From Methanobacteriota archaeon (lineage in GTDB: Archaea; Methanobacteriota_B; Thermococci; Methanofastidiosales; Methanofastidiosaceae), in contig JAMNZA010000140.1 of NCBI GenBank assembly GCA_023622545.1, forward strand, positions 1-41,900: a stretch of 41,900 bases of DNA, read 5' to 3'. The notes beneath the pieces are model-generated. The model had not been told where the DNA came from and made no database searches. It worked only from the letters and a program-made list of their open reading frames with translations. Of this stretch, positions 8,589 to 17,018 are shown piece after piece. Numbering within the stretch: the stretch's first letter is position 1; each line of letters opens with the position of its first letter. A program made the translations under genes and the position numbers.

Positions 8589-9707
8589 ATGGTCTATATT
8601 ATAAAAAAAAGAATTGGGGAGGAACTTTATTACTATCTCAATCATTCAGTTAGGGTTGATGATAAAGTAAAAACTCTTTCTTATTATCTAGGTAAAGGGC
8701 CCTTTTCTCAGTCTGAAATAGAATCTTTGGTAAAAGAAAAGTCTCAAATGATACTTCTCGAGGCAGAATTCTTTAAGGTATTTTCTAAAAGGTCGGATTA
8801 TAAGGAGCATCATCTTCCCAGTTCATTCATCAACATCCTTGAGCGATTAAAAGAGATCAATAGAATAATGGCACCATTTAACAAAAGCTACTTTGAGAAG
8901 TTTGAAGAAAATCTTCAACTGAGGTATGTCCATGGGTCAACAGCAATAGAAGGAAATACCATGTCATTGAGGGATGCGCAGCTTATCTTAGAAGAGGACA
9001 CACCGGCAGGCAACACTCTGAGAGAAATGCATGAGGTACTAAATTACAAGGAACTTTTCAAATTTATACGGTCTTACAGAGGGGATATCAATCTAAAGTT
9101 TATCTTGAAGATCCATGAGCTCCTAATGAAGAATATCGATGATGAAAATGCCGGCACCCTAAGGAATATTGACATTTCTATATCTGGAACTGATTATGAC
9201 CCAACACCTTTTCCATTGCTTGAGGATGAGATCAATAATATGGTCGATTGGTACAACGAGAAGAAAACACAGATGTTTCCAATTGAACTTGCATCCAACA
9301 TTCATCAAAAATTTGTTGAAATACATCCATTTATCGATGGCAATGGCAGGGTATCAAGGGAGCTACTTAATTTTATTTTGATAAAGAATAACTTTCCTCG
9401 TCTTGTGATACCTTTTGATAGAAGGGGGGTATACCTCAGGTGCATAGATATAGGAAATTCTGGGGATATAGTTCCTTTTATAATTTTTATCTCCGGCCTT
9501 TTAATTGAAGATTCGTTTAAACCTGTAGATATATTCTTTGAGCAGTTAAAGGCAAAACTAATCAATGAACATTATTCCTCTGAGATTTCAAAGGAATTAG
9601 ATAATACGATGAGTGATTACAAAGAGATACTATCGATAATAAAAGGGATGGAAGGGCAAATAGAAAATCTAAATATTAATGAACTAAGAAAAGGAAAATG
9701 GAAATAA
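8589..9707 (+). CDS. Fic-domain protein (probable AMPylase) with an intramolecular inhibitory motif
   Basis: Canonical Fic active-site motif HPFIDGNGRVSR (9324-9359). An upstream STAIEG (8937-8954) fits the [ST]xxxE[GN] inhibitory-helix motif. Confidence 0.9.
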   Translation: MVYIIKKRIGEELYYYLNHSVRVDDKVKTLSYYLGKGPFSQSEIESLVKEKSQMILLEAEFFKVFSKRSDYKEHHLPSSFINILERLKEINRIMAPFNKSYFEKFEENLQLRYVHGSTAIEGNTMSLRDAQLILEEDTPAGNTLREMHEVLNYKELFKFIRSYRGDINLKFILKIHELLMKNIDDENAGTLRNIDISISGTDYDPTPFPLLEDEINNMVDWYNEKKTQMFPIELASNIHQKFVEIHPFIDGNGRVSRELLNFILIKNNFPRLVIPFDRRGVYLRCIDIGNSGDIVPFIIFISGLLIEDSFKPVDIFFEQLKAKLINEHYSSEISKELDNTMSDYKEILSIIKGMEGQIENLNINELRKGKWK

Positions 9708-9752
9708 CATAATAAACAAAATACTTAAATAGTTTTGATATCAATAAATTTC

Positions 9753-11243
9753 ATGAAAAAAATTGCATTTTTTCTGACAATAATGTTGTTGAACATATCT
9801 ATATTGAGTGTTTTTGCCGATGAGCTTTCTTGGAGCTATGAAACGGGTGATGATATTGCTTCAGTTGTTGCATCTTCGGATGGCGCATATATTGCAGCAG
9901 GCTCTTATGATAATTATGTTTATTTCTTTAATAGAAACGGAACACAGCTATGGAAGTTCCAAACTGGAAGTAACGTTGAATCTGTATCTATAAATTCAAA
10001 TGGTCAGTATGTTGCCGCTGGCTCTTGGGATAAAAGAGTTTATCTGCTTGACAGATCTGGACAGAAAATATGGGACAAGGAAGTATCTGACCAAGTTTTC
10101 AAAGTGAATATTTCTCCAGATGGGGCATACATAACTGCAATAACAAAGGATAAAAGTGTTTTTGTTTTCAATAGAACTGGAAATTTATTAAGTTCATATG
10201 ATTCAAGGGATAGGTTATCTACTTCCTCAGTATCTCCTGATGGAGGGTCTATCGTTGTAGGTACAAACGACAGTAACGTTTTTTTCCTCTCTAGTTCTGG
10301 AGCTAGAGCTTGGGAATACAAAGTCGGAGGAAATGTACAATCAATTTCTAACACTCCTGATATGAACACAATAGTTTGTGGATCCCTTGATGGTAAAGTT
10401 TATTCATTTGATAATAAAGGTGTATTAGATTGGTCTAAACCTTTAGGTGGAGGATCCCAATTAGTTTCAGTTAATGCAGCGGGAAACAGAATATTTGCAG
10501 CAGATCTTGGTAGCAATGTCTATCTATTCGATTCTACAGGAAAGCAGTTATTAAAAAGAAAACTAAAGGACAAGGCCAATGCCGTTTCAATGACTACAAA
10601 CGGAGACTACGTTGCCATAAGCTCATTAGATAGGGCTGTAAGTTTAATTGATAGTTCAGGTAATTTGTTGTGGAGCAATGAATACGACAATACTGCAAAT
10701 TCAGTCTTTTTGACAACAGATAGAAAACTTATAGTTGGTTCTAAGGATAACAAAGTATACCTTTACGACTTAGGATCATATATGCAATCAAAACCACAGA
10801 CACAAACACCCCCTACAACAACCCCAGAAACACCTGGACCATCAGAAGTAACCCCGCCCCAAGTAACACCTCAAGAGGATACCACTCCTTCACAAACTAC
10901 ACCTGTGAGCGAGCCAACTTCAACTACAGGCGGAGGATTTCCAATCATATATCTAATACCAGTTGCAGTTATAGTCATAGCTGCGTTAGCATTTGTCTTT
11001 ATGAAAAAAGGTAAAACAACAACTACTGAACCGAAAGTAACAAAAGAAACCAAAGTCAAAGAAGCTAAAATAAAAGATGAATTAAAATGTCCGTTTTGCG
11101 GATCGCCTATTGAAAAGGGAATTAAATTCTGTGGCAGCTGTGGAAATACTCTAACAGAAAATGTTGAAATCAAATGCCCTGACTGCGGTGCGACAATCGG
11201 AAAAGACGGAAAGTTCTGTCCTGAGTGTGGTAAAAAAATATAA
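9753..11243 (+). CDS. surface-exposed PQQ/WD40-like beta-propeller protein with a Thr/Pro stalk, one TM helix and a cytoplasmic double zinc ribbon
   Basis: ATG at 9753 (the ORF track starts at TTG 9735) gives signal-peptide-like MKKIAFFLTIMLLNISILSVFA. Eight ~40-aa repeats of the form S.DG.Y[IV]AAGS.D..VY.F...G..LW follow. Then TPPTTTPETPGPSEVTPPQVTP, TM FPIIYLIPVAVIVIAALAFVF, and finally CPFCGS..KFCGSCG and CPDCGA..KFCPECG. Confidence 0.8.
   Translation: MKKIAFFLTIMLLNISILSVFADELSWSYETGDDIASVVASSDGAYIAAGSYDNYVYFFNRNGTQLWKFQTGSNVESVSINSNGQYVAAGSWDKRVYLLDRSGQKIWDKEVSDQVFKVNISPDGAYITAITKDKSVFVFNRTGNLLSSYDSRDRLSTSSVSPDGGSIVVGTNDSNVFFLSSSGARAWEYKVGGNVQSISNTPDMNTIVCGSLDGKVYSFDNKGVLDWSKPLGGGSQLVSVNAAGNRIFAADLGSNVYLFDSTGKQLLKRKLKDKANAVSMTTNGDYVAISSLDRAVSLIDSSGNLLWSNEYDNTANSVFLTTDRKLIVGSKDNKVYLYDLGSYMQSKPQTQTPPTTTPETPGPSEVTPPQVTPQEDTTPSQTTPVSEPTSTTGGGFPIIYLIPVAVIVIAALAFVFMKKGKTTTTEPKVTKETKVKEAKIKDELKCPFCGSPIEKGIKFCGSCGNTLTENVEIKCPDCGATIGKDGKFCPECGKKI
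9826..10775 (+). repeat. eight degenerate tandem coding repeats of about 120 bp (propeller blades) inside the gene at 9753-11243
   Basis: Repeats are visible at protein level (blade consensus above). DNA identity between units is low. Boundaries are approximate. Confidence 0.6.
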
Positions 11244-11256
11244 AAATATTTTATTT

Positions 11257-12162
11257 TTATTTTAAGGCTTTTATTACTTCGTCGGCAATCATAATCCCGG
11301 CTCTCTTCTGTGCTTCATGGGTAGAAGCACCTATATGCTGGGTAAGAACTACGTTATCAAATTCTAGAAGTTTACTATTTAATGGTGGCTCTTCCTCGAA
11401 AACATCAAGACCTGCACCTAAGACTTTTCCAGATTTCATAGCTCTGCATAGTGCGTCTTCATCTATTATTCCGCCTCTGGATGTGTTGATGATAATAACG
11501 TTGTTTTTCATCATTTCAAATTGTTTATCTGAAATCATATGCCTTGTCGAAGGCATTAGTGGTACATGAAGTGTTATTACGTCACTAGTTTCGATCAGTT
11601 TTTGAAGATTAACAGGCTCAGCACCGCCGGCTCTTATCTGCTCTTCAGTTAAAGGAGGGTCATAAGCAATCAAGTTCATACCACATGCTTTGGCCATTCT
11701 TCCTATATTCCTACCAATCCTTCCAAAGCCAACAATACCCAAGGTTTTCCCGTTTAGTTCATAACCCATAAGGGACTTTTTCTCCCATCTCTTTTCCCTA
11801 GTGAGCCTATCTGCTCTTGCAATATTTCTAGAAACTGCAAGCATTAATCCAAAAGCAAGTTCAGCAACAGACTCTGAACTAGCCTGGGGTGAATTTACTA
11901 CTTTTATTCCACATCCCTGGCAACAGGTGACATCAACATTATCAAGACCTACCCCTGCCCTGGCCACAACTTTTAGATTTTTACCTTTTTTTATTATGTC
12001 CTCGGTAATATTTGGTTTACTTCTAATGATAACGCCGTCATAGTTTTCTATAATTGACATTATTTCTTCCTTAGAAATGCCTTTTTTCACGTCTACTTCA
12101 AACTCTTTTTTGAGTTTGGATATTCCTTCTTCTGCAATATCGGATGCAACAAGAATCTTCAT
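11257..12162 (-). CDS. D-isomer-specific 2-hydroxyacid dehydrogenase, 3-phosphoglycerate-dehydrogenase-like, without an ACT domain
   Basis: NAD-binding GIVGFGRIGRNIGR. Catalytic-domain pattern RAGVGLDNVDV ... NTSRGGIIDE ... GAGLDVFEEEP ... THIGAST is collinear with SerA. At 301 aa it has catalytic domains only. Confidence 0.85.
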   Translation of the reverse strand: MKILVASDIAEEGISKLKKEFEVDVKKGISKEEIMSIIENYDGVIIRSKPNITEDIIKKGKNLKVVARAGVGLDNVDVTCCQGCGIKVVNSPQASSESVAELAFGLMLAVSRNIARADRLTREKRWEKKSLMGYELNGKTLGIVGFGRIGRNIGRMAKACGMNLIAYDPPLTEEQIRAGGAEPVNLQKLIETSDVITLHVPLMPSTRHMISDKQFEMMKNNVIIINTSRGGIIDEDALCRAMKSGKVLGAGLDVFEEEPPLNSKLLEFDNVVLTQHIGASTHEAQKRAGIMIADEVIKALK

Positions 12163-12221
12163 AGTTATCCCTAAAAATCCTCTATAAAAATACTTAAATA
12201 TCTTTGTATAAAAAAATATTT

Positions 12222-12380
12222 ATGATAGACAAAAAGCTTCTTGATATTCTAGCATGCCCGGTATGTAAGGGCGACATAGTTGAGGACAAAGAAGAACTAC
12301 TATGCACCAAATGTAAGAGAAGATACCCAGTTATTGATGGCATACCTATAATGCTTGAAGAAGAGGCTAGAATAGAGTGA
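12222..12380 (+). CDS. Trm112-family small zinc-ribbon protein (methyltransferase activator)
   Basis: Not in the ORF track because it is only 52 aa. Hand translation: [52 protein letters not shown]. This has the hallmark LL.ILACP.CKG ... C..C...YP[IV].DGIP.ML pattern of Trm112/DUF343. Confidence 0.8.
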   Translation: MIDKKLLDILACPVCKGDIVEDKEELLCTKCKRRYPVIDGIPIMLEEEARIE

Positions 12381-12384
12381 ACTA

Positions 12385-12510
12385 ATGGACAACAGAACTA
12401 AAATAATAATATTCTCTTTAATTGGATTTTGTATTAATCTCTCATATATTGCGGTAATTTATTTCTCTCAAACTTTGCTGACTTTCTCGGCGCTTCGAAA
12501 TCCTTTATAG
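12385..12510 (+). pseudogene. detached N-terminal fragment (first TM helix) of the downstream MFS transporter, in a different reading frame
   Basis: ATG at 12385 gives MDNRTKIIIFSLIGFCINLSYIAVIYFSQTLLTFSALRNPL, then TAG (12508-12510). The downstream frame is open from 12438 and reads ..LSNFADFLGASKSFIGM.., the expected continuation of MFS TM1 and loop. It has no ATG/GTG/TTG before 12513. Confidence 0.55.
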
Positions 12511-12512
12511 GC

Positions 12513-13535
12513 ATGATAAATGCGATAATGCCATTCTTTTCTATTCTATCTGCACCTCTATTCGCTAGAAGAGCTGCAAAGATTCAAAAGAAACTCCCTA
12601 TAATCAGAATAGGTTTTGTAATCGGGGCTTTCTTTTCAATGATGCTTTTCTTCTCAAATGATAAATTTTTTCTATTTTTTCTTAGAATGGGGATGGGTGT
12701 ATCTTTTGGTGCAACAACAGCTTTAACAAACTCTCTTGCAACAGAAATAGATCCAAAAAAGAGGGGTAAGTATTTTGGGATATACAGTGGGGCCTGCTCT
12801 TTTGGATGGGCTATTGGTTCGATTCTTACAGGATTAATAATCTCAGATACATATAACAATGCATTTCTGCTTTCTGTAGTTTTTCTCATAATCGGATTTA
12901 GCGCAACATTTTTTGCTGAAGAAAAATACACATCTTCTGGTTATTTTGGAATTGATTTTGAAACATTTAAAAAATTCTTTCCATATTACAGAACACTATT
13001 ACTAAGGCATTCGGTAGCCACAGCGCTTTGGGCATTTTTACCAGTTTATCTTGAAGCTTCTTTAGGTTTTGAGAGATTTACTATTGGAGTTATCTATTTC
13101 ATTAATAATTCTCTGCAACTATTAACGATGTCTCTAGCCGGCCATTTATCTGATAAAATTAAGAGGAAATATATAATTCTTATCGGGATGATTGGGTCTA
13201 TAGGATTTTTACTTGTATTCACAATAATTAAATTACCGATTGAATTTATGTTGCTACAGATTCTAGTTGCTTTTTCATGGGCATTTGTATACATGGGGAC
13301 ATCGTCTATTATTGCTGGTTCTTCTACATGGGATGAGAGAGGAGAAGCTATGGCAGGACTTACTATGACATTGAACCTATCGAATATAGTTGGACCAATA
13401 CTAGGCGGGATTATATATGGGCTATCTGATTTTTCCACTATGATATACCTATTGTTGCCGCTGTGTTTGATTGCAACGATATCATCTATATTCTTAAAAG
13501 AGAAGGAAAACATTTCCCACAATATTTATAAATAA
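12513..13535 (+). CDS. MFS-type transporter (main body; the N-terminus is apparently frameshifted away)
   Basis: Polytopic hydrophobic protein with an MFS-like loop motif (EIDPKKRGKYFGIY, cf. D-R/K-x-G-R-R/K) and a second half starting HLSDKIKRKY. It would have about 11 helices from this start, and about 12 if joined to 12385-12470. Confidence 0.8.
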   Translation: MINAIMPFFSILSAPLFARRAAKIQKKLPIIRIGFVIGAFFSMMLFFSNDKFFLFFLRMGMGVSFGATTALTNSLATEIDPKKRGKYFGIYSGACSFGWAIGSILTGLIISDTYNNAFLLSVVFLIIGFSATFFAEEKYTSSGYFGIDFETFKKFFPYYRTLLLRHSVATALWAFLPVYLEASLGFERFTIGVIYFINNSLQLLTMSLAGHLSDKIKRKYIILIGMIGSIGFLLVFTIIKLPIEFMLLQILVAFSWAFVYMGTSSIIAGSSTWDERGEAMAGLTMTLNLSNIVGPILGGIIYGLSDFSTMIYLLLPLCLIATISSIFLKEKENISHNIYK

Positions 13536-13553
13536 ATTTTTATTTTAAGTTTC

Positions 13554-14150
13554 ATGGCAAAAAAGAAAAATAAGAAAGGCCAAAAGATTTCAAGAAAAAC
13601 ATTAAACTTAGTAATAATACTTGCCATAATTGGGGTGGCAATGGCCTCTCTTTTTTATGTTAACTATTTGGGAAATCATGCTTTTGATATAAAAGGAACC
13701 CCAACAACTATTGTATATAATACCGACAATAACCAATCGGTCAAAGTAGTATCCTACGTAGAAGGGGATCCACTCATAATAATGAGAAACATGTTTACAG
13801 AGGACGAAGTTTCCAATGTTTATTTGCTGTTTAAAGCAATGCCTGGATCGGCACCTGAGAATTCTAGTTTAGTAAGGGGTGTTGCTGCAATTAGTGAGGG
13901 AGTTGGAAGAACAAAAGGTCCAATCATCCATGCTAGAGAATTGACCTCTTGGCATAAATACATGATGGGAATCAAAATGATTGGCTCTACTTCAAAACCA
14001 GTAATTTACATGAAAACTCCAAATCTCAACGGAATTGACAATAGAATTGTAATATTGAATGAAGGCGTTCTAATAATTGAAAATAATAATTTTGAAGATG
14101 TTGTTTTACTTTCAGATTTTGTTAGAACAGTAATCCTTGGTGCCTACTAG
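13554..14150 (+). CDS. N-terminally membrane-anchored protein, function unknown
   Basis: Lys-rich N-terminus MAKKKNKKGQKISRK, then one TM (LNLVIILAIIGVAMASLFYV), then a ~150-aa non-hydrophobic domain. No motif recognised. First gene of a tightly spaced three-gene set. Confidence 0.6.
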   Translation: MAKKKNKKGQKISRKTLNLVIILAIIGVAMASLFYVNYLGNHAFDIKGTPTTIVYNTDNNQSVKVVSYVEGDPLIIMRNMFTEDEVSNVYLLFKAMPGSAPENSSLVRGVAAISEGVGRTKGPIIHARELTSWHKYMMGIKMIGSTSKPVIYMKTPNLNGIDNRIVILNEGVLIIENNNFEDVVLLSDFVRTVILGAY

Positions 14151-14161
14151 GGGGCCCTTCA

Positions 14162-14974
14162 ATGAGAAGATTGAATCTATTTGACTTGGCAATAATCGTA
14201 TTGATAGTGGCATCATTAATTTCATTTTCTACTAAGTATATCGAGAAAGAGCCAGTCGATGAATATACCTATACAGGATCTCAAATATACAGTGCTATAA
14301 GATTTTTTGACTTTTCTGACGGCAAAGGTTTTAGATATCTTGTGAATGTCGATGGATCGTATACAAGCGATTATGCACCTTTCAAAGAACAGGGTGTTGT
14401 TGTTGGAACATCCTCTCAAGGTACTTTTTCTATGAAATTAAAAGATGGAAGGCTCCTGACTGTTGGGGGCAGGACTGCTTACAAAGAGGATATCGCCTCA
14501 AAGGAAATTAAAGTAACAATGTTGAATGGGTCTGCCGTTCACTATACTCAAAAAGGATTTTCTACAAATGATCTTGTGAAGGCCAAATCAACAATTCAAA
14601 ATACTTCTAAATTTTTGGATAAGTACAATATAATCGATACAACTATTTCGGGAAATATTGCTGTAGATGGAAATTTTCCAAAGGGAATAGCATTTGAAAA
14701 AGAACTTTCTGATAAGATAACAAAAGATATTTTCTATCTTAAAGATGTAAAAGTAATATCTACAGATAACGGCATTGTTCTAAATGTTAGTGGCCTTGGC
14801 GCAAATGATTTTGAAATATTGCAATCAGCTCTATCTTCTTACAGTCCAACAGGGTACTACTTTTCTGATTTTAAAACAGTTGTACTAACAGATAATATTC
14901 CAAAAGATGATATATCTCAGATTGAAAACAACAAATTTGAAGGAATAATCGGAGATATACATGTGAGGATTTAG
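14162..14974 (+). CDS. N-terminally membrane-anchored protein, possibly DUF4330-like, function unknown
   Basis: MRRLNLFDLAIIVLIVASLISF resembles the N-terminal RLN.IDL.I..L anchor I associate with DUF4330 proteins (from memory, low certainty). The rest is a soluble domain. It lies 11 nt after the previous stop. Confidence 0.55.
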   Translation: MRRLNLFDLAIIVLIVASLISFSTKYIEKEPVDEYTYTGSQIYSAIRFFDFSDGKGFRYLVNVDGSYTSDYAPFKEQGVVVGTSSQGTFSMKLKDGRLLTVGGRTAYKEDIASKEIKVTMLNGSAVHYTQKGFSTNDLVKAKSTIQNTSKFLDKYNIIDTTISGNIAVDGNFPKGIAFEKELSDKITKDIFYLKDVKVISTDNGIVLNVSGLGANDFEILQSALSSYSPTGYYFSDFKTVVLTDNIPKDDISQIENNKFEGIIGDIHVRI

Positions 14975-16480
14975 ATGAAGTACATAAATAAATTATTCCC
15001 ATTTTTAGAAAATGAATTCTCAAACAGCATTATCAATAGAACGTCTCTCAAATTTTTTGATATAATGGAAAAATTTCCTCAGTTTCCTTTCCAGATATCT
15101 AAATTTGATAGTTATCTAGAGGATTCAAAGTTCCTTAAGTTCTCACCTCTAATTGTTATTGCATCGATCTTTCTTTTTTTTAGTTTCTCAGACCACCCCC
15201 TCTCTCCAATGGGAACTATCGTGTTTTTATTAGGGACATTTTCTTTTTATTTAGGAACATTAGTTAATATACCTAAAATAAGAAAAATTAAGAAGAATTA
15301 TTTCTTTCCATTGTTCATTATTTTTTTGATAACATTTCTACTCAGTATAATAAAAATTGAGTCATTTGGATTTTATGTTAAATTGAGTCTTTTACCTCTT
15401 CTTCTTATAGGTATTACAGAGAGAGACAACAAAGATTTTTTCATCTCACTTCTGATAATAAATATTATTATTCTAGCTAATGGATTTTGGGCGCTATCTT
15501 TTCCTTATATTTTTATTAGTTTACTTTATCTATTCTTGAACTACCGGGGCTCTGCCATAAAATTCTTAGAGGAAAATACATACAATTTGATATTCATACT
15601 TCTTGGATTGGGGCTGATCTTTTATGTCCTTGATTTAGTTATTGCTGGAGGCATCCCTTTATTTAATGTTCAAGCGAGAAATTCTTTGGATCCATTATTT
15701 ACAATGATCTCTCATCTTTTCCCGATGGGGGCTATTCTTTTGATATCTTATGTTGGTCAAACAAAAAAATACTCTTACCAGAAAGCAAGATCTATAGCAA
15801 TATTTTTTACTCTTTTGTCCTTGTTTTTAATGGCACTTCTAGGATATAGAACGCAGGTGATATTTGTATTATTGGGAGTTTTAATCTCTGGATCTATTAC
15901 AGGAATATGGAAAAAATCTGAATTGATAATATTAGGCTTAATTGCTTTGATCTCTCTAATTGCTTTAACTATGGGCAGAGACACACTATTGGGGGTTAAT
16001 CTTTCACTGATTCAATCACTTAGAACTAGGATAAGCCTAACAACGGATGTTATGGATATACTTGCAAACATGGGGGGGCTATTTGGGATTACTAATGGGG
16101 CAATTCATATTGCAACTCACCCTTTCCTAGCCAGATTAATGCCCGGGGTTGCGTATTCCCCTAGAAGGATGATAGCTGTCCTAGTTGGTGAAAGGTCAGT
16201 TTCTGTTACATCCTCTATATTTGGGCCATTAGCTATCGACTTTGGATTAATTGGCGTAGTTGTTGGCATGATTTTCTTAGGATTTTTCTTATCAAATCTC
16301 TATAAAATGTCACAGAAGACTGAAGGGGAAAGAAAAATAATCTCAGTAGGTCTTTACAGTATGGTGCTGAGTTACACTATAATTGGAATTGAAACAGGCA
16401 TACTAGATCTAGAAGTAATTTTATTATTCGTTATTTCATTAGCATATCTTCTTTTTATTATTAATAGAAAAAATATTTAA
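14975..16480 (+). CDS. polytopic membrane protein (more than 10 predicted helices), possibly an oligosaccharide-repeat-unit polymerase / O-antigen-ligase-like enzyme
   Basis: ATG directly abuts the upstream TAG (14972-14974). The 501 aa are almost entirely hydrophobic helices with short loops. The polymerase assignment rests on architecture only. Confidence 0.55.
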   Translation: MKYINKLFPFLENEFSNSIINRTSLKFFDIMEKFPQFPFQISKFDSYLEDSKFLKFSPLIVIASIFLFFSFSDHPLSPMGTIVFLLGTFSFYLGTLVNIPKIRKIKKNYFFPLFIIFLITFLLSIIKIESFGFYVKLSLLPLLLIGITERDNKDFFISLLIINIIILANGFWALSFPYIFISLLYLFLNYRGSAIKFLEENTYNLIFILLGLGLIFYVLDLVIAGGIPLFNVQARNSLDPLFTMISHLFPMGAILLISYVGQTKKYSYQKARSIAIFFTLLSLFLMALLGYRTQVIFVLLGVLISGSITGIWKKSELIILGLIALISLIALTMGRDTLLGVNLSLIQSLRTRISLTTDVMDILANMGGLFGITNGAIHIATHPFLARLMPGVAYSPRRMIAVLVGERSVSVTSSIFGPLAIDFGLIGVVVGMIFLGFFLSNLYKMSQKTEGERKIISVGLYSMVLSYTIIGIETGILDLEVILLFVISLAYLLFIINRKNI

Positions 16481-16537
16481 TAAAAAATTTCCGAAAGATT
16501 TAAATATTTTAAAGAATTTATAAAAATAGTGATAATA

Positions 16538-17008
16538 ATGAAAATGAACAAAAAAGGTATTAAAATTCTAAAATCTCTCCTTGCAATTAGAGGATTCCCA
16601 CAGAAAAACAAGATTGCAGAAGAAACTGGGCTTTCAATACAGACTGTTACACCATTCATCAATAAGATGATTGACGACGGTATCATAAAAGGATTCTCAG
16701 CAATAATTGAGCCCGATAAATTAGGATATCACCAAGTTCATTTTCTCTTGAATATCCAAAAGGGTACGAATCAAGAAGCGATTGATTTCTTAAAGAATAT
16801 GGATAGAGTCTTATATGTGACTTCAGGATTTGGAAATTTTGACTGTCAGTTAGTAGTTGCTATCCCAGCTGATAGGACAGATCTTATACCTGGGTATATG
16901 GAGTCCATGAGGCAATCGGGGATATTTAAGAGTGAAATGAGTATACATGTTGTCACTAAGAGTCATTTTCCCTTACCAGATTTCCTTAGAAATGAAGACT
17001 TAAGTTAA
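16538..17008 (+). CDS. Lrp/AsnC-family transcriptional regulator (HTH plus RAM domain)
   Basis: The ORF track starts at GTG 16529; ATG codons lie at 16538 and 16544. The N-terminal winged HTH (KILKSLLAIRGFPQKNKIAEETGLSIQTVTPFINKMIDDGIIKGF) is followed by a RAM-type beta-alpha-beta domain. Confidence 0.85.
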   Translation: MKMNKKGIKILKSLLAIRGFPQKNKIAEETGLSIQTVTPFINKMIDDGIIKGFSAIIEPDKLGYHQVHFLLNIQKGTNQEAIDFLKNMDRVLYVTSGFGNFDCQLVVAIPADRTDLIPGYMESMRQSGIFKSEMSIHVVTKSHFPLPDFLRNEDLS

Positions 17009-17018
17009 CGGTGCAAAG

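Noticed and set aside
10791-10932. A locally C-rich, compositionally odd stretch as foreign DNA or an ncRNA
   Set aside because: It is in frame within the propeller gene and encodes a Thr/Pro/Gln-rich linker (ACN/CCN codons), which fully explains the composition.
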